Positions 10,225-19,544 are shown, numbered from the stretch's first letter. The stretch is 64,000 bases of DNA from a virus (IMGVR_UViG_3300010882_000009); one strand, 5' to 3'. Numbers and translations are program-made. The notes: a model not told the origin generated them from the letters alone.

Positions 10225-10259
10225 AAAAACCCCGCAAACATGATATCTACGGGGTTTTT
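10225..10259. terminator. intrinsic terminator, likely bidirectional
   Basis: AAAAACCCCG...CGGGGTTTTT between int and the tRNA 3' end. Confidence 0.7.
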
Positions 10260-10265
10260 CATGAA

Positions 10266-10312
10266 CTGAGCTGGAAGGATTTGAACCTTCGAGTGCAGGA
10301 GTCAAAGTCCTG
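10266..10312 (-). tRNA. 3' half of tRNA-Gln(TTG), att core (not a complete tRNA)
   Basis: Minus strand: CAGGA-CTTTGAC-TCCTG anticodon arm, GAAGG-TTCAAAT-CCTTC T arm, CAGCTCA-G acceptor strand; no D arm or 5' acceptor strand upstream. Confidence 0.85.
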
Positions 10313-10602
10313 TAATACATATCTTATTTAAGATTAATCAATCCTTGTTAATCTCTTATAAGACGCTGTATTTCAGGGGTTTTAAGCGCTTTGTAGTCTT
10401 TTAAACTGTAACCGACAAAAATATATTTTCAATACATTTATTAGATAAATATTAGAAGAACAAGTCCGTTAATTGTTTATATCTATAGGAGTTTCCTAAT
10501 AATTAAACAAGCTGCCCGGCATAATAAATGGTTGTGTATTCACTTGATGACATAAAATTATATGTCCTGAATTGAGCATACAAACACATAGAAATAATAT
10601 AC

Positions 10603-10631
10603 TTGACAATATACAATAGATACAGTATAAT
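10603..10631 (+). promoter_or_regulatory. consensus sigmaA promoter upstream of the NAD cluster
   Basis: TTGACA-atatacaatagatacag(17)-TATAAT. Confidence 0.85.
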
Positions 10632-10685
10632 GTTTTTATTGCACATCCTAAAGCAAAAAATATTAGAAAGGAGACATGGAATAAA

Positions 10686-11009
10686 ATGGCATTTATAGTT
10701 TTATATTTATTAATCGGATATATGACATTATTATTTGGGGAGACTATAAAATGGTCAGATTTTGGCAATTTAGATATAATATACTCTAAAGAAGAAAATA
10801 ATGATATTAGTTATGAAGATGATGCCGTTTTTAAACAAGATACATTTTATGTTGTTTTAGTATGGCCTTTATATTTATCATTCTTTTTATCTGCATATTT
10901 AGCATTTGGAATTGTTATGCTAAAATGTTTTTTTAATTATATAAGGATTAGCTACTTGTCATTATACAATAGATATAGTATAACGGGCAAACAAAAATTA
11001 GAAAAATAA
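10686..11009 (+). CDS. small membrane protein
   Basis: Two hydrophobic segments; AAGGAG RBS; first gene after promoter 10603. Confidence 0.6.
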   Translation: MAFIVLYLLIGYMTLLFGETIKWSDFGNLDIIYSKEENNDISYEDDAVFKQDTFYVVLVWPLYLSFFLSAYLAFGIVMLKCFFNYIRISYLSLYNRYSITGKQKLEK

Positions 11010-11053
11010 AAAATATATCATATTAATATATATAAAAAGGAGCAGAATATTTT

Positions 11054-11590
11054 ATGAGTAAGGTTCTTATAGTAGTAGATGTTCAAGAGGATTTTGTAAC
11101 AGGGGCATTAGGGAGCGATCAGGCACAGAAGATTACTCCTAATGTAATAGAAAAAATTAATAATTATCGCTCAAATAAAAATAGCATTATTTTTACACGA
11201 GATACGCACAATGACGATTATATGAATACACAAGAGGGGCAATATCTTCCTGTCCCACATTGTTTGATAGGTACAGGTGGATGGGATATATATGACGGAT
11301 TAGAAGATAAAATGGATATTAAAATCGACAAATCAACATTTGGATACTTGGGATGGAATGATAATGATTGTACTGACAGTCTGCTTATGTCAGCAGATGA
11401 AATTGAAATATGTGGTTTATGCACTGGCATATGCGTAGTATCCAATGCACTTATTCTTAAAGCAATGTATCCAGAAACAAAAATCACCGTAGATGCGTCA
11501 TGCTGTGCATGTGTAAGTGAAGAAAGCCATCTTGCGGCATTAACAGTATTGCGTTGTTGCCAAGTAAATATTATTAACGACGAGCAATAG
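11054..11590 (+). CDS. pncA: nicotinamidase (isochorismatase-family cysteine hydrolase)
   Basis: VVDVQEDF, TRDTH, PHC, DKSTF, GLCTGICV (D-K-C triad and metal ligands); NAD-gene context. Confidence 0.85.
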   Translation: MSKVLIVVDVQEDFVTGALGSDQAQKITPNVIEKINNYRSNKNSIIFTRDTHNDDYMNTQEGQYLPVPHCLIGTGGWDIYDGLEDKMDIKIDKSTFGYLGWNDNDCTDSLLMSADEIEICGLCTGICVVSNALILKAMYPETKITVDASCCACVSEESHLAALTVLRCCQVNIINDEQ

Positions 11591-11624
11591 ATTGCAATAT
11601 TAAGTGATAGGATGTGATAAGTAA

Positions 11625-12431
11625 ATGATAAAAGTGAATGGGGAAGAATATATATACGGGTTCTTCCCCGATGGGACATTACTAATGCGATTTAAGGTAG
11701 ATGAAGATATAAATAATATTCAATATAGGTTGACATGGGATTTCGAAACCCTTACAGAGCAAATCGTTCTTCAAAATTTGGTTTGGCATATAAAAGAAAA
11801 GAATCCAAATGCACGAATCACACTTCATCTTGACTATACACCAAATGCGAGGTTAGATAGAATAGAAAAACCAGATGATATATTTACATTAAAATACTTT
11901 GCAAGAGTTATTAATGAATTAGGATTTGATCGTGTATATATACTTGACCCACATTCCCCAGTAGCACCAGCTATTATAAATAATGTATATATAGATATTA
12001 ATAGATATTTAAAATTTGTGAATATAGTTATTGACAAGACTACTCCTGATTTGCTTTATTACCCGGATTCTGGATGCAAGAAACGACTAGAAAATCTTAT
12101 TAAGCATCCTAATATTTGTGGGTATAAGGATAGGAATTGGGATACTGGAGATATACTTGATACAGAAGTTCTAGGTGCTAAAAAGCATAACTTAACAGGA
12201 AAAACAATTTTAATAACAGATGATATTTGCAGTTATGGTGGAACATTTCTATATGCAGCAAAGAAGCTAAAAAATCTGGGTGTTGGAAAGATATATTTAT
12301 ACATCACACATTGTGAGAATTCAATATTAAATGGTGAACTTATTAATAGCGGATTATTAGAAAAGATATATACAACACGTTCTATATTCACTGAGGAACA
12401 TCCGTTAATTGAGATATTACAAAATAACTAA
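11625..12431 (+). CDS. ribose-phosphate pyrophosphokinase-like protein (candidate ADPR-PP synthase)
   Basis: FPDGT, PNARLDR, LDPHS, YPDSG, PRPP-binding ITDDICSYGGTF. Confidence 0.88.
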   Translation: MIKVNGEEYIYGFFPDGTLLMRFKVDEDINNIQYRLTWDFETLTEQIVLQNLVWHIKEKNPNARITLHLDYTPNARLDRIEKPDDIFTLKYFARVINELGFDRVYILDPHSPVAPAIINNVYIDINRYLKFVNIVIDKTTPDLLYYPDSGCKKRLENLIKHPNICGYKDRNWDTGDILDTEVLGAKKHNLTGKTILITDDICSYGGTFLYAAKKLKNLGVGKIYLYITHCENSILNGELINSGLLEKIYTTRSIFTEEHPLIEILQNN

Positions 12432-12444
12432 AAGGAGTTAATAA

Positions 12445-14025
12445 ATGGGGCTATATGGTATTGTGGACGGATATAAAATTTGCCATCCTTTTTTACAACC
12501 TAAAAGCGTAAGCCATGTATTTACTGGTTGGACAGGAAGATATAACAAGTATCAGCAAGAAGCTAAAAATACAGTTATATGGGGGCAACAAGCAAGAATC
12601 AAACAATATATGATTGATTGGTTTGATAATAATTTCTTTTATAAGGATGTAGATGATTTAGAGAAAAAACATGTAAGAAATGTTTCTATATGTTTTAGCC
12701 CACGATATTCTGATTTTTCTAAATTTAGAAAACTTTATGAGCTTGGCTATCTTCCAATCGAAATATGGGGGTTGCCAGAAGGAACACTTTGCCCAGTTAA
12801 TGTTCCAGACCATTGGATTAGAAATACACATCCTGATTTTGGTTGGCTACCTCAGTATCTTGAAGATTTATGGTCAACGCATAACTGGATGCCTCCAACA
12901 TCTGCTACAACTGGGCATGATAGAAGAACATTACAACAAAAATATGTAGATATAACATGCGAAGATACAAATATAACAAAATATATGATTAGTGATTTTA
13001 GCTTGCGTGGAATGGCTGAAATGGAATCAGCAGCCATGGCATCAAGTGGAGGGCATTTATTATCGTTTGCTAAATCAGCAACAATGGGATCAGCAGATTT
13101 CTTAGAAAAATATTATAACGCAGATATAGAAAAAGACTTAACTAATATGGCTACTCCATCTTTAGAGCATAGCATTGTATGTCAACTTATAGCAGAATTT
13201 GAAAATATGTTACTATCTGGTGGAGAATACAAAGGCATAACATGGGATAAATATAAAAATTCTAAACGTGAAGATGGTAGCCCAGTTGATATTAAGCTAG
13301 TCGCTGAAATGTGTGTTATTAAATACCTTATTACAGATGTACAGCTAGAAGGCGCATTGTCTTATGTATCCGACACATATGACTATTGGGGCGTACTTAC
13401 ATGGATACTACCAAAGTTAATAGATGATATATGTAATAGACAAGGCGCATTAGTAATCCGTGCCGATTCTGGCGATCCAATTAAGATTACATGTGGTGAT
13501 TCACTTGCTGATTTATGGTATGAAAAAATTGGCAGTCTTCGAGTATTAAAGAAAATATTTGGAGTAAGTACAAACAAAAAAGGGTATGATGTTCTTCCTT
13601 CACAAATAAGAATGATTTACGCAGATGCTATAACAAGAGAACGGCAAGAAAAAATTCTTAAACGTTGTGTTGAAATGAAAATATCTGTAGAAAATATATT
13701 TTTTGGGATTGGTTCAGTAAGCTATCAATATGTCACACGGGACACCCGTGGTTATGCAATAAAAGCTACTAGCTGTATTATGGATGGTATAGAAGTTGCT
13801 ATTCAAAAGAATCCAAAAACGGATAGCGCTAAAGCATCACAAAAAGGCTGTTTTGCAGCACATTATGATTCATTGGGCGAGATTACATATACAGATGAAT
13901 TGACATATGAAGAAGCTATTAATTTTGAAGGGAATTTATATGTTAAGAAATTTGTAGATGGCAAACAATATAATATAGATGATTTCGCTACTATTCGCAA
14001 TAGATTATGGAATAGCAAGTTTTGA
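12445..14025 (+). CDS. NAMPT-family phosphoribosyltransferase (candidate nicotinate ADPR-transferase)
   Basis: DGYKICH, DFSLRG, EHS, VSDTYD, RADSGDP, TRDTRGYAIKAT, KNPKTD..KASQKG. Confidence 0.88.
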   Translation: MGLYGIVDGYKICHPFLQPKSVSHVFTGWTGRYNKYQQEAKNTVIWGQQARIKQYMIDWFDNNFFYKDVDDLEKKHVRNVSICFSPRYSDFSKFRKLYELGYLPIEIWGLPEGTLCPVNVPDHWIRNTHPDFGWLPQYLEDLWSTHNWMPPTSATTGHDRRTLQQKYVDITCEDTNITKYMISDFSLRGMAEMESAAMASSGGHLLSFAKSATMGSADFLEKYYNADIEKDLTNMATPSLEHSIVCQLIAEFENMLLSGGEYKGITWDKYKNSKREDGSPVDIKLVAEMCVIKYLITDVQLEGALSYVSDTYDYWGVLTWILPKLIDDICNRQGALVIRADSGDPIKITCGDSLADLWYEKIGSLRVLKKIFGVSTNKKGYDVLPSQIRMIYADAITRERQEKILKRCVEMKISVENIFFGIGSVSYQYVTRDTRGYAIKATSCIMDGIEVAIQKNPKTDSAKASQKGCFAAHYDSLGEITYTDELTYEEAINFEGNLYVKKFVDGKQYNIDDFATIRNRLWNSKF

Positions 14026-14064
14026 TTAGATTTGTATAAATACACTGAAAGGATGTGAAGATTT

Positions 14065-14943
14065 TTGCAAGAAACAATTAAAACATATCGTATAGCACAC
14101 AAAGATAATCAACATGGTATGTGGTATAACGCTGATGGCTCTTATAATGGATTTATTCACACACTTACAGAAGGACGCTGCGCTGATATGCCAATGGGGC
14201 ATGACGACAAATACAGAAAAGACGGGAAACGTTGGTATAGTGGAGCCAAAGATAAGTCGCAGATGAACTTCTGGTTCTCTGTTATGGATGCCTACGAATT
14301 GGAAACCGCAGGATACTATCTATATGAGTATGAGATTAATGAATATTGGAAGGATGATATACAAGTTTATTTTACACAAGAAGGTGTAATAAGCCAGACT
14401 CGTATTCCTATTGATACGATGTTTGACATAAGCTCTATTAAGTATACAGGTGTTCTCAATAATAAAACAGAAGTAACAGAATATTATATTAAAGGATTCT
14501 TTGAGAAATATAGGCCATTAAGCAATTTTGATACAACTAAATTTATAATGGATGGCATAACATTTAAATCAGCAGAGCATGCATTACAATATTACAAAAC
14601 AGATTGTTCAGAATGGAAAGAGAAGATTTTAAATACGCCTACTCCTGCAAAGGCAAAAGAATATGGTCACCAATGCCCAATGAAAGACGAATGGGAAGAT
14701 ACAAAGGTTAAGATTGTTCAAGAGATATTATATAATAAGTTTTCTCAGAATGCACATTTAAGAGCATTCCTACTTAACACTGGCTTTAAATATTTGGAAG
14801 AAACAAACAATTGGGGCGATGATTTTTGGGGAGTTTATAATGGCGCTGGAAAGAATATGATGGGTAAGGCTCTTATGATAGTTAGGACGCGGTTATTAGC
14901 AGAAAGGCTTGTAATGCGGAGAATGGGGGTTGCTAATGTATAA
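14065..14943 (+). CDS. N-terminal unknown domain fused to NADAR (YbiA-like) domain
   Basis: C-terminal LSNF, SAEHALQYYK, KFSQN..L...LL.TG...LEET..WGDDFWG..GKNMMGKALM. Confidence 0.85.
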   Translation: MQETIKTYRIAHKDNQHGMWYNADGSYNGFIHTLTEGRCADMPMGHDDKYRKDGKRWYSGAKDKSQMNFWFSVMDAYELETAGYYLYEYEINEYWKDDIQVYFTQEGVISQTRIPIDTMFDISSIKYTGVLNNKTEVTEYYIKGFFEKYRPLSNFDTTKFIMDGITFKSAEHALQYYKTDCSEWKEKILNTPTPAKAKEYGHQCPMKDEWEDTKVKIVQEILYNKFSQNAHLRAFLLNTGFKYLEETNNWGDDFWGVYNGAGKNMMGKALMIVRTRLLAERLVMRRMGVANV

Positions 14944-15709
14944 ATTTAATGAAGATAAGGTTAAAGACGATTTAGCACAGTGGATTAGAGATTATTTTAA
15001 TAAAAATGGGATGAATAGCAAAGCTGTTATTGGGATATCAGGCGGCAAAGATTCAACAATCGTTACTGGGCTATGTGTTGAAGCTTTAGGCGCTGATAGA
15101 GTATTCGGAGTACTCATGCCACAAGGGTGCCAGTGGGATTTGCATGTTGCTGAATTAGTATGTAAATACTTCGGCATTAAAAATATTACTATCAATATAT
15201 ACGATGCCGTTAATGAAATTTATCGTCAAGTATCTAATAAGCTATTAAGTACTGACGATGATAATTTTCTTAACTCAGTTGTTACAAATAATACCCCGGC
15301 TCGAATCAGAATGACCACGTTATATGCTATTTCTGCTCAAATAAATGGCAGAGTAGCTAATACGTGTAATCTTAGTGAAAATTATCTTGGGTGGAATACA
15401 AAGTATGGTGATGATGCTGGAGATTTTTCTCCGCTGGCAAGCCTAACAAACAATGAAGTTGTGCGTATAGGAATGGCACTTGGTATTGATTATGACTTAA
15501 TATTTAAGAAGCCAGAGGATGGTCTTACTGGCAGAACAGACGAAGAGAATTTTAGATTTACATATTCAGAATTAGACAAATACCTTCGTGGTGGTGAAAT
15601 TAATCCAGATGTAGTTGCTAAAATACAAATAATGCATAATGATGGAATTCACAAGATGACAAAAATGCCATATTTTCCATATAACCCATATAAGCATTGC
15701 GGAGATTAA
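14930..15709 (+). CDS. nadE: NH3-dependent NAD+ synthetase
   Basis: GISGGKDS PP-loop, ARIRM, TCNLSE, TKYGD, DGL...TDEE. Confidence 0.93.
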   Translation: MLMYKFNEDKVKDDLAQWIRDYFNKNGMNSKAVIGISGGKDSTIVTGLCVEALGADRVFGVLMPQGCQWDLHVAELVCKYFGIKNITINIYDAVNEIYRQVSNKLLSTDDDNFLNSVVTNNTPARIRMTTLYAISAQINGRVANTCNLSENYLGWNTKYGDDAGDFSPLASLTNNEVVRIGMALGIDYDLIFKKPEDGLTGRTDEENFRFTYSELDKYLRGGEINPDVVAKIQIMHNDGIHKMTKMPYFPYNPYKHCGD

Positions 15710-15769
15710 TTATGGAGCATAGATGAACATGTTTGCTATAATTTAATAAAAAGTAGGTGGTTTATTTTT

Positions 15770-16222
15770 ATGGGAATGATGAAATATAACGTAAGTGATA
15801 AAGTAGTTAAAATATCTGATTTACAATTATTATTTAATCCATATCATAAAGAATCATATAGGAAAAATTTGATTAGGACTGTCACAGAAGCTAACGAATC
15901 ATATTTTACAACATATACAAACAAAGATAGATGTAATTCAATAATAGAAAACGCTAAATCTTGCGGAATTAATAACTATATGGCATTTCACCAAGAAACA
16001 GGCGATTGTTTAAGTGGGTTTATAAATGATAAGTTGCTTCATTTAGAAAAAGATAGTGATATAATAATGAATATTATGGCAAAAGTTGGTTTGCAGATAT
16101 ATGAAAAAGATATGCAGCATCATTATAATGAAATTAAGTATCATCAATCTATGTTAAAAAGTGTGCAGGATACATATACAGAGGATTTTAGAATTAATAT
16201 GGAATTGCTAGGATATAGATAA
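15770..16222 (+). CDS. hypothetical protein
   Basis: 150 aa co-oriented ORF. Confidence 0.65.
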   Translation: MGMMKYNVSDKVVKISDLQLLFNPYHKESYRKNLIRTVTEANESYFTTYTNKDRCNSIIENAKSCGINNYMAFHQETGDCLSGFINDKLLHLEKDSDIIMNIMAKVGLQIYEKDMQHHYNEIKYHQSMLKSVQDTYTEDFRINMELLGYR

Positions 16223-16228
16223 TTAATA

Positions 16229-16272
16229 TATTACAAAATTGTTGCAAAATTATTACAATTATGTTACAATAT
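16229..16272. promoter_or_regulatory. four tandem 11-bp repeats, OmpR/WalR-type box candidate
   Basis: TATTACAAAAT TGTTGCAAAAT TATTACAATTA TGTTACAATAT. Confidence 0.5.
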
Positions 16273-16331
16273 ATCCTACATAACGCATGATATGTTATAC
16301 AAACTCAGTCATACTGACTGACAAAAATTTA

Positions 16332-16351
16332 AATAGAACACGCATTCTATT
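16332..16351. repeat. 7-6-7 palindrome, copy 2
   Basis: AATAGAA-CACGCA-TTCTATT just upstream of the RBS of 16373. Confidence 0.75.
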
Positions 16352-16372
16352 CAAATTATAGGAGCAAAAATT

Positions 16373-16918
16373 ATGATTATAAGATGGATTGAAAATAAAT
16401 TTAGAGAACTTGCTTTAAAAGACATTTATAGGAGAGATATAAAAGAAACATGCCAGCCAAAAGATAGTTTAGATGAAATAGTTTATGAAACACATTTTGG
16501 GAGTGACAGTATAAATTGTATAGAAGGGAAATACTTGCCTCCATACAATGCAAAAAATATTGATATTAACAGACTTGATATTATTGATTATGTAGAGTTT
16601 AATAACAAAGTGTTGGAGTTAAAAGACGATATGAAAATATATAGCGTATATTATATAGATAATTTATATAAAATTATTATAAATATAAAATTAAAGTATG
16701 GGAAGACTCCAATTGTATTTGTATCTCCTTTGTTTGTACTAAATATAAAAACAAATGGTTTTAGCAATATAAATAAACAGAAAATTGAAGATATAATTAA
16801 ACATGTAAAATATCTTGGATTGGATATTCGTATTGCAGATATAGGATGTAAAAATAACATTGTATTCGCTATGGATGAAAATATATTAGATAGCATGGTT
16901 GCTTTCTTAAATATTTAA
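16373..16918 (+). CDS. hypothetical protein
   Basis: AGGAG RBS; 181 aa. Confidence 0.7.
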   Translation: MIIRWIENKFRELALKDIYRRDIKETCQPKDSLDEIVYETHFGSDSINCIEGKYLPPYNAKNIDINRLDIIDYVEFNNKVLELKDDMKIYSVYYIDNLYKIIINIKLKYGKTPIVFVSPLFVLNIKTNGFSNINKQKIEDIIKHVKYLGLDIRIADIGCKNNIVFAMDENILDSMVAFLNI

Positions 16919-16933
16919 TAGTGGTGGTGTCGG

Positions 16934-17062
16934 ATGAAAATTAAAAGTATTAATCTAATGTTCGCATGGTATGACTTCTGGATTGGGTTCTTCTGGGATA
17001 GAAGCAAAAAAGTGTTGTATTTCTTCCCGATTCCGATGTTTGGGGTTAGGATTGAGTTTTAG
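16934..17062 (+). CDS. small aromatic-rich protein (42 aa, not in ORF track)
   Basis: [42 protein letters not shown]. Confidence 0.55.
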   Translation: MKIKSINLMFAWYDFWIGFFWDRSKKVLYFFPIPMFGVRIEF

Positions 17063-17112
17063 GAATATCAATAAATAAACGGTGGCGACTATATACGCAG
17101 GAGGTAGTAGTT

Positions 17113-17514
17113 ATGAAGAAAAATATTATACAGTTTGCAAATGAGTATATAAAAGATGGTTGGAATTGTGACTCATTCTGTGATGAATGCGGTAAAACAA
17201 TAAGACTAACAACTAACAGTGCCGCATCATTAGATGAGCCTAACACAGAAGAGAAAGACTACTGTAAAGATTGTTGTAATAATTTGTTCCCAGAAAAAGT
17301 AAAAGAAGACTTCTATGAATACTTTGCACATATGCAAAATGAAGAAAATAACGGCGGACTTGGTGGAATGGCTTGGGACGATATATGCTGGCAAATACAT
17401 TCCGCTGTCGAGTTTGGAATTACGCAAGAGCAACTAGCTAAAGATTTTCCGTCGCTGCTTGGACATATAGTAAAAAAACCAGATGCGCGGAGGTTATATG
17501 GGGAAAGAAATTAG
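17113..17514 (+). CDS. hypothetical protein with CxxC pairs
   Basis: GGAGGT RBS; CDEC...CKDC. Confidence 0.7.
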   Translation: MKKNIIQFANEYIKDGWNCDSFCDECGKTIRLTTNSAASLDEPNTEEKDYCKDCCNNLFPEKVKEDFYEYFAHMQNEENNGGLGGMAWDDICWQIHSAVEFGITQEQLAKDFPSLLGHIVKKPDARRLYGERN

Positions 17515-17696
17515 AAAGTTTCGTATATGTGTAGATAAGATATGGGTTGGGCGTAGCTTTGGTATATGCTTATCATTCGAAAATCTTGGAGATGCATATC
17601 TTTTTATAAATTTCTGGAAATGGTCTATTTCGATTGGATGGATTGCAAAAGACTAAATGATTTGTAACTAAATATATATAGAAGGAGCAGAATATA

Positions 17697-18167
17697 ATGT
17701 CCTATAAATATAAAATAAGTAAAAGTGATTTAGTATTTAGATCAATTAATAATATAGAGATTGTTTATCCACATTGTAAATCAAGATTTGCATATTTGTC
17801 AGGATTAAAAGGATGCGTATTACAACAAGGAGAATATCATTGGGTTCAAGAACAATATAATAGTAGATTAAGGCTACTATCATTTGATATAATGAAACCA
17901 TTAAATATTAATATTACAAAAGCATTTATTGATGCAGAAGAAAGATTGCAAAACTTTATTAAAGCACCACCAATAGATGATTGTGAAGTAATATTAGATA
18001 TCATGACTGAATGTATTGATGATAAATCATTTCGTGAAGTTAAACTAGTAATTCAAAACGCTATAGTAAAATGGGATAGCATAGCAGAAGATAAATTTAC
18101 AATATCAAACGTATCAATAGAACAAGTTCCTACATTTTTTGAATATAAATTTATTGATTTAGATTAG
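17697..18167 (+). CDS. hypothetical protein
   Basis: AAGGAG RBS; 156 aa. Confidence 0.7.
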   Translation: MSYKYKISKSDLVFRSINNIEIVYPHCKSRFAYLSGLKGCVLQQGEYHWVQEQYNSRLRLLSFDIMKPLNINITKAFIDAEERLQNFIKAPPIDDCEVILDIMTECIDDKSFREVKLVIQNAIVKWDSIAEDKFTISNVSIEQVPTFFEYKFIDLD

Positions 18168-18172
18168 AATTG

Positions 18173-18192
18173 AATAGATTAAGTATTCTATG
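18173..18192. repeat. 7-6-7 palindrome, copy 3
   Basis: AATAGAT-TAAGTA-TTCTATG between stop 18167 and the next RBS. Confidence 0.65.
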
Positions 18193-18219
18193 AAAATATA
18201 AAAGGAGTATAGTATAATT

Positions 18220-18534
18220 ATGGAATATGATAAAAAGTTGTATTTATTATTCAATGATTATAGTATTGGATATATAAAATCAATATGTGACTGTACTAGC
18301 TGTAAAATCCGTGGTGAGGCTGAATTCTTTATTCACACAATAAATGGGAAATATAAAGATTGTGTTAAATTTAATGAAATAAATTCATTCTTTGAAGATG
18401 AGGTTCTGACAGTTGCAGAATCTCTCGAAGAAATAATTATATGGATTAAAGAATTTATTATTAATAAAAAAGATAATGAGATTAAATTTATAAAAGAAAT
18501 AAATATATTATTACATAATAGTTTAATCAAATAA
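18220..18534 (+). CDS. hypothetical protein
   Basis: AAGGAG RBS; ICDCTSC. Confidence 0.65.
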   Translation: MEYDKKLYLLFNDYSIGYIKSICDCTSCKIRGEAEFFIHTINGKYKDCVKFNEINSFFEDEVLTVAESLEEIIIWIKEFIINKKDNEIKFIKEINILLHNSLIK

Positions 18535-18579
18535 ATACTGATATTTTACAATATTAAAATATTGTGAGGCGATAATAAT

Positions 18580-18873
18580 ATGTTTTTAAGTCTAATACCA
18601 AGAAATAATGCTGATGTAATTATGTATAAAATTAAAGCAGCAAAAGCGTTAGAAGATATAAGAAATAACTCCGTTTGCAAACTAACAAAAGTTGTTGGCA
18701 AAGGTGATGAAATGTATATATTAAACACAGATAGATCTACCTATATATATGACATTCTACAAGAACAATGTCAATTAGTATTGGTATCAAATCTAGAGTT
18801 TGAAGAGTCTGATAATATCATACCAAAAGGATATATGTGTAGATATATACCTGTAACTATTGACATTGTATAA
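18580..18873 (+). CDS. hypothetical protein
   Basis: GAGG RBS; 97 aa. Confidence 0.6.
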   Translation: MFLSLIPRNNADVIMYKIKAAKALEDIRNNSVCKLTKVVGKGDEMYILNTDRSTYIYDILQEQCQLVLVSNLEFEESDNIIPKGYMCRYIPVTIDIV

Positions 18874-18908
18874 TGTATGTAAAAATAAAATAAGGGAATG
18901 ATAATAAT

Positions 18909-19544
18909 TTGAGAACAGTAACATTAGAACAAATGCAAAATAATCATCCGCATATGCGTTTAATATATGAAATAACTAGACCACATAAAGCTATAGACTA
19001 TGATTGTCCAATACAAGTTTACTATGAGTCTGAAATATTTAATAAAAATAATGAATCATATTTTTGGGTTGTTAATAATGGTGAATATGTAAGCAACTAC
19101 ATATCTTTTCCATGCAATATAGAAGAATCTGACATTATTAATATTGCTAAAGAATTAATTGAAGAACTGCTTTCAAAAAGTGATTTTACAGATTTAGATG
19201 CAGAACTTAATGGTCATGCTGCATGTGAAGAATTTAAGTATTTATATAAGAGTTGTGATGAATGTCCACTGCTTCGAGCAAACAATAAAAATGAAGATGA
19301 TACTGGTTGTTTTGGAGCTATGTACAGCATTCCAGGGCATCTTAATAGCTGGGACACTAAAGAAAAATGGAATAAGATATATGGTTATCAATCATATAAT
19401 CATAAAAAATATGTTGTAAAAAAAATGATAGGATATATGAATAGGTTTATGCATGATTGTGGTGATTCTAAAGAAATGATTAATGAAGTTTTAGAATATG
19501 GGAAAACACATCGTGCTAACAAACATAAAAATCTGTTCAAATAA
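18909..19544 (+). CDS. hypothetical protein
   Basis: 211 aa, TTG start. Confidence 0.7.
   Translation: MRTVTLEQMQNNHPHMRLIYEITRPHKAIDYDCPIQVYYESEIFNKNNESYFWVVNNGEYVSNYISFPCNIEESDIINIAKELIEELLSKSDFTDLDAELNGHAACEEFKYLYKSCDECPLLRANNKNEDDTGCFGAMYSIPGHLNSWDTKEKWNKIYGYQSYNHKKYVVKKMIGYMNRFMHDCGDSKEMINEVLEYGKTHRANKHKNLFK

Larger units (their letters stand above)
10173..10457. other. attP-like region with arm-type direct repeats
   Basis: TTTATTAGAAAAGTATTAGAA (10173-10193) and TTTATTAGATAAATATTAGAA (10437-10457), 19/21 identical, flank the tRNA fragment just after int. Confidence 0.7.

Noticed and set aside
10262..10345. Complete tRNA-Gln gene
   Set aside because: Only the anticodon arm, T arm and 3' acceptor strand are present; no D arm or TGAGCTG 5' strand.
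14835..14845. Target of the orphan guide (11-nt match TTATAATGGCG; a 10-nt match also lies near 8322)
   Set aside because: Matches are short, lack an adjacent TTTAA and are plausible by chance in AT-rich DNA.
17082..17100. Shared leader GTGGCGAC(T)ATA(T)ACGCAG, also near 21190
   Set aside because: Only two imperfect copies; too little to call a motif.
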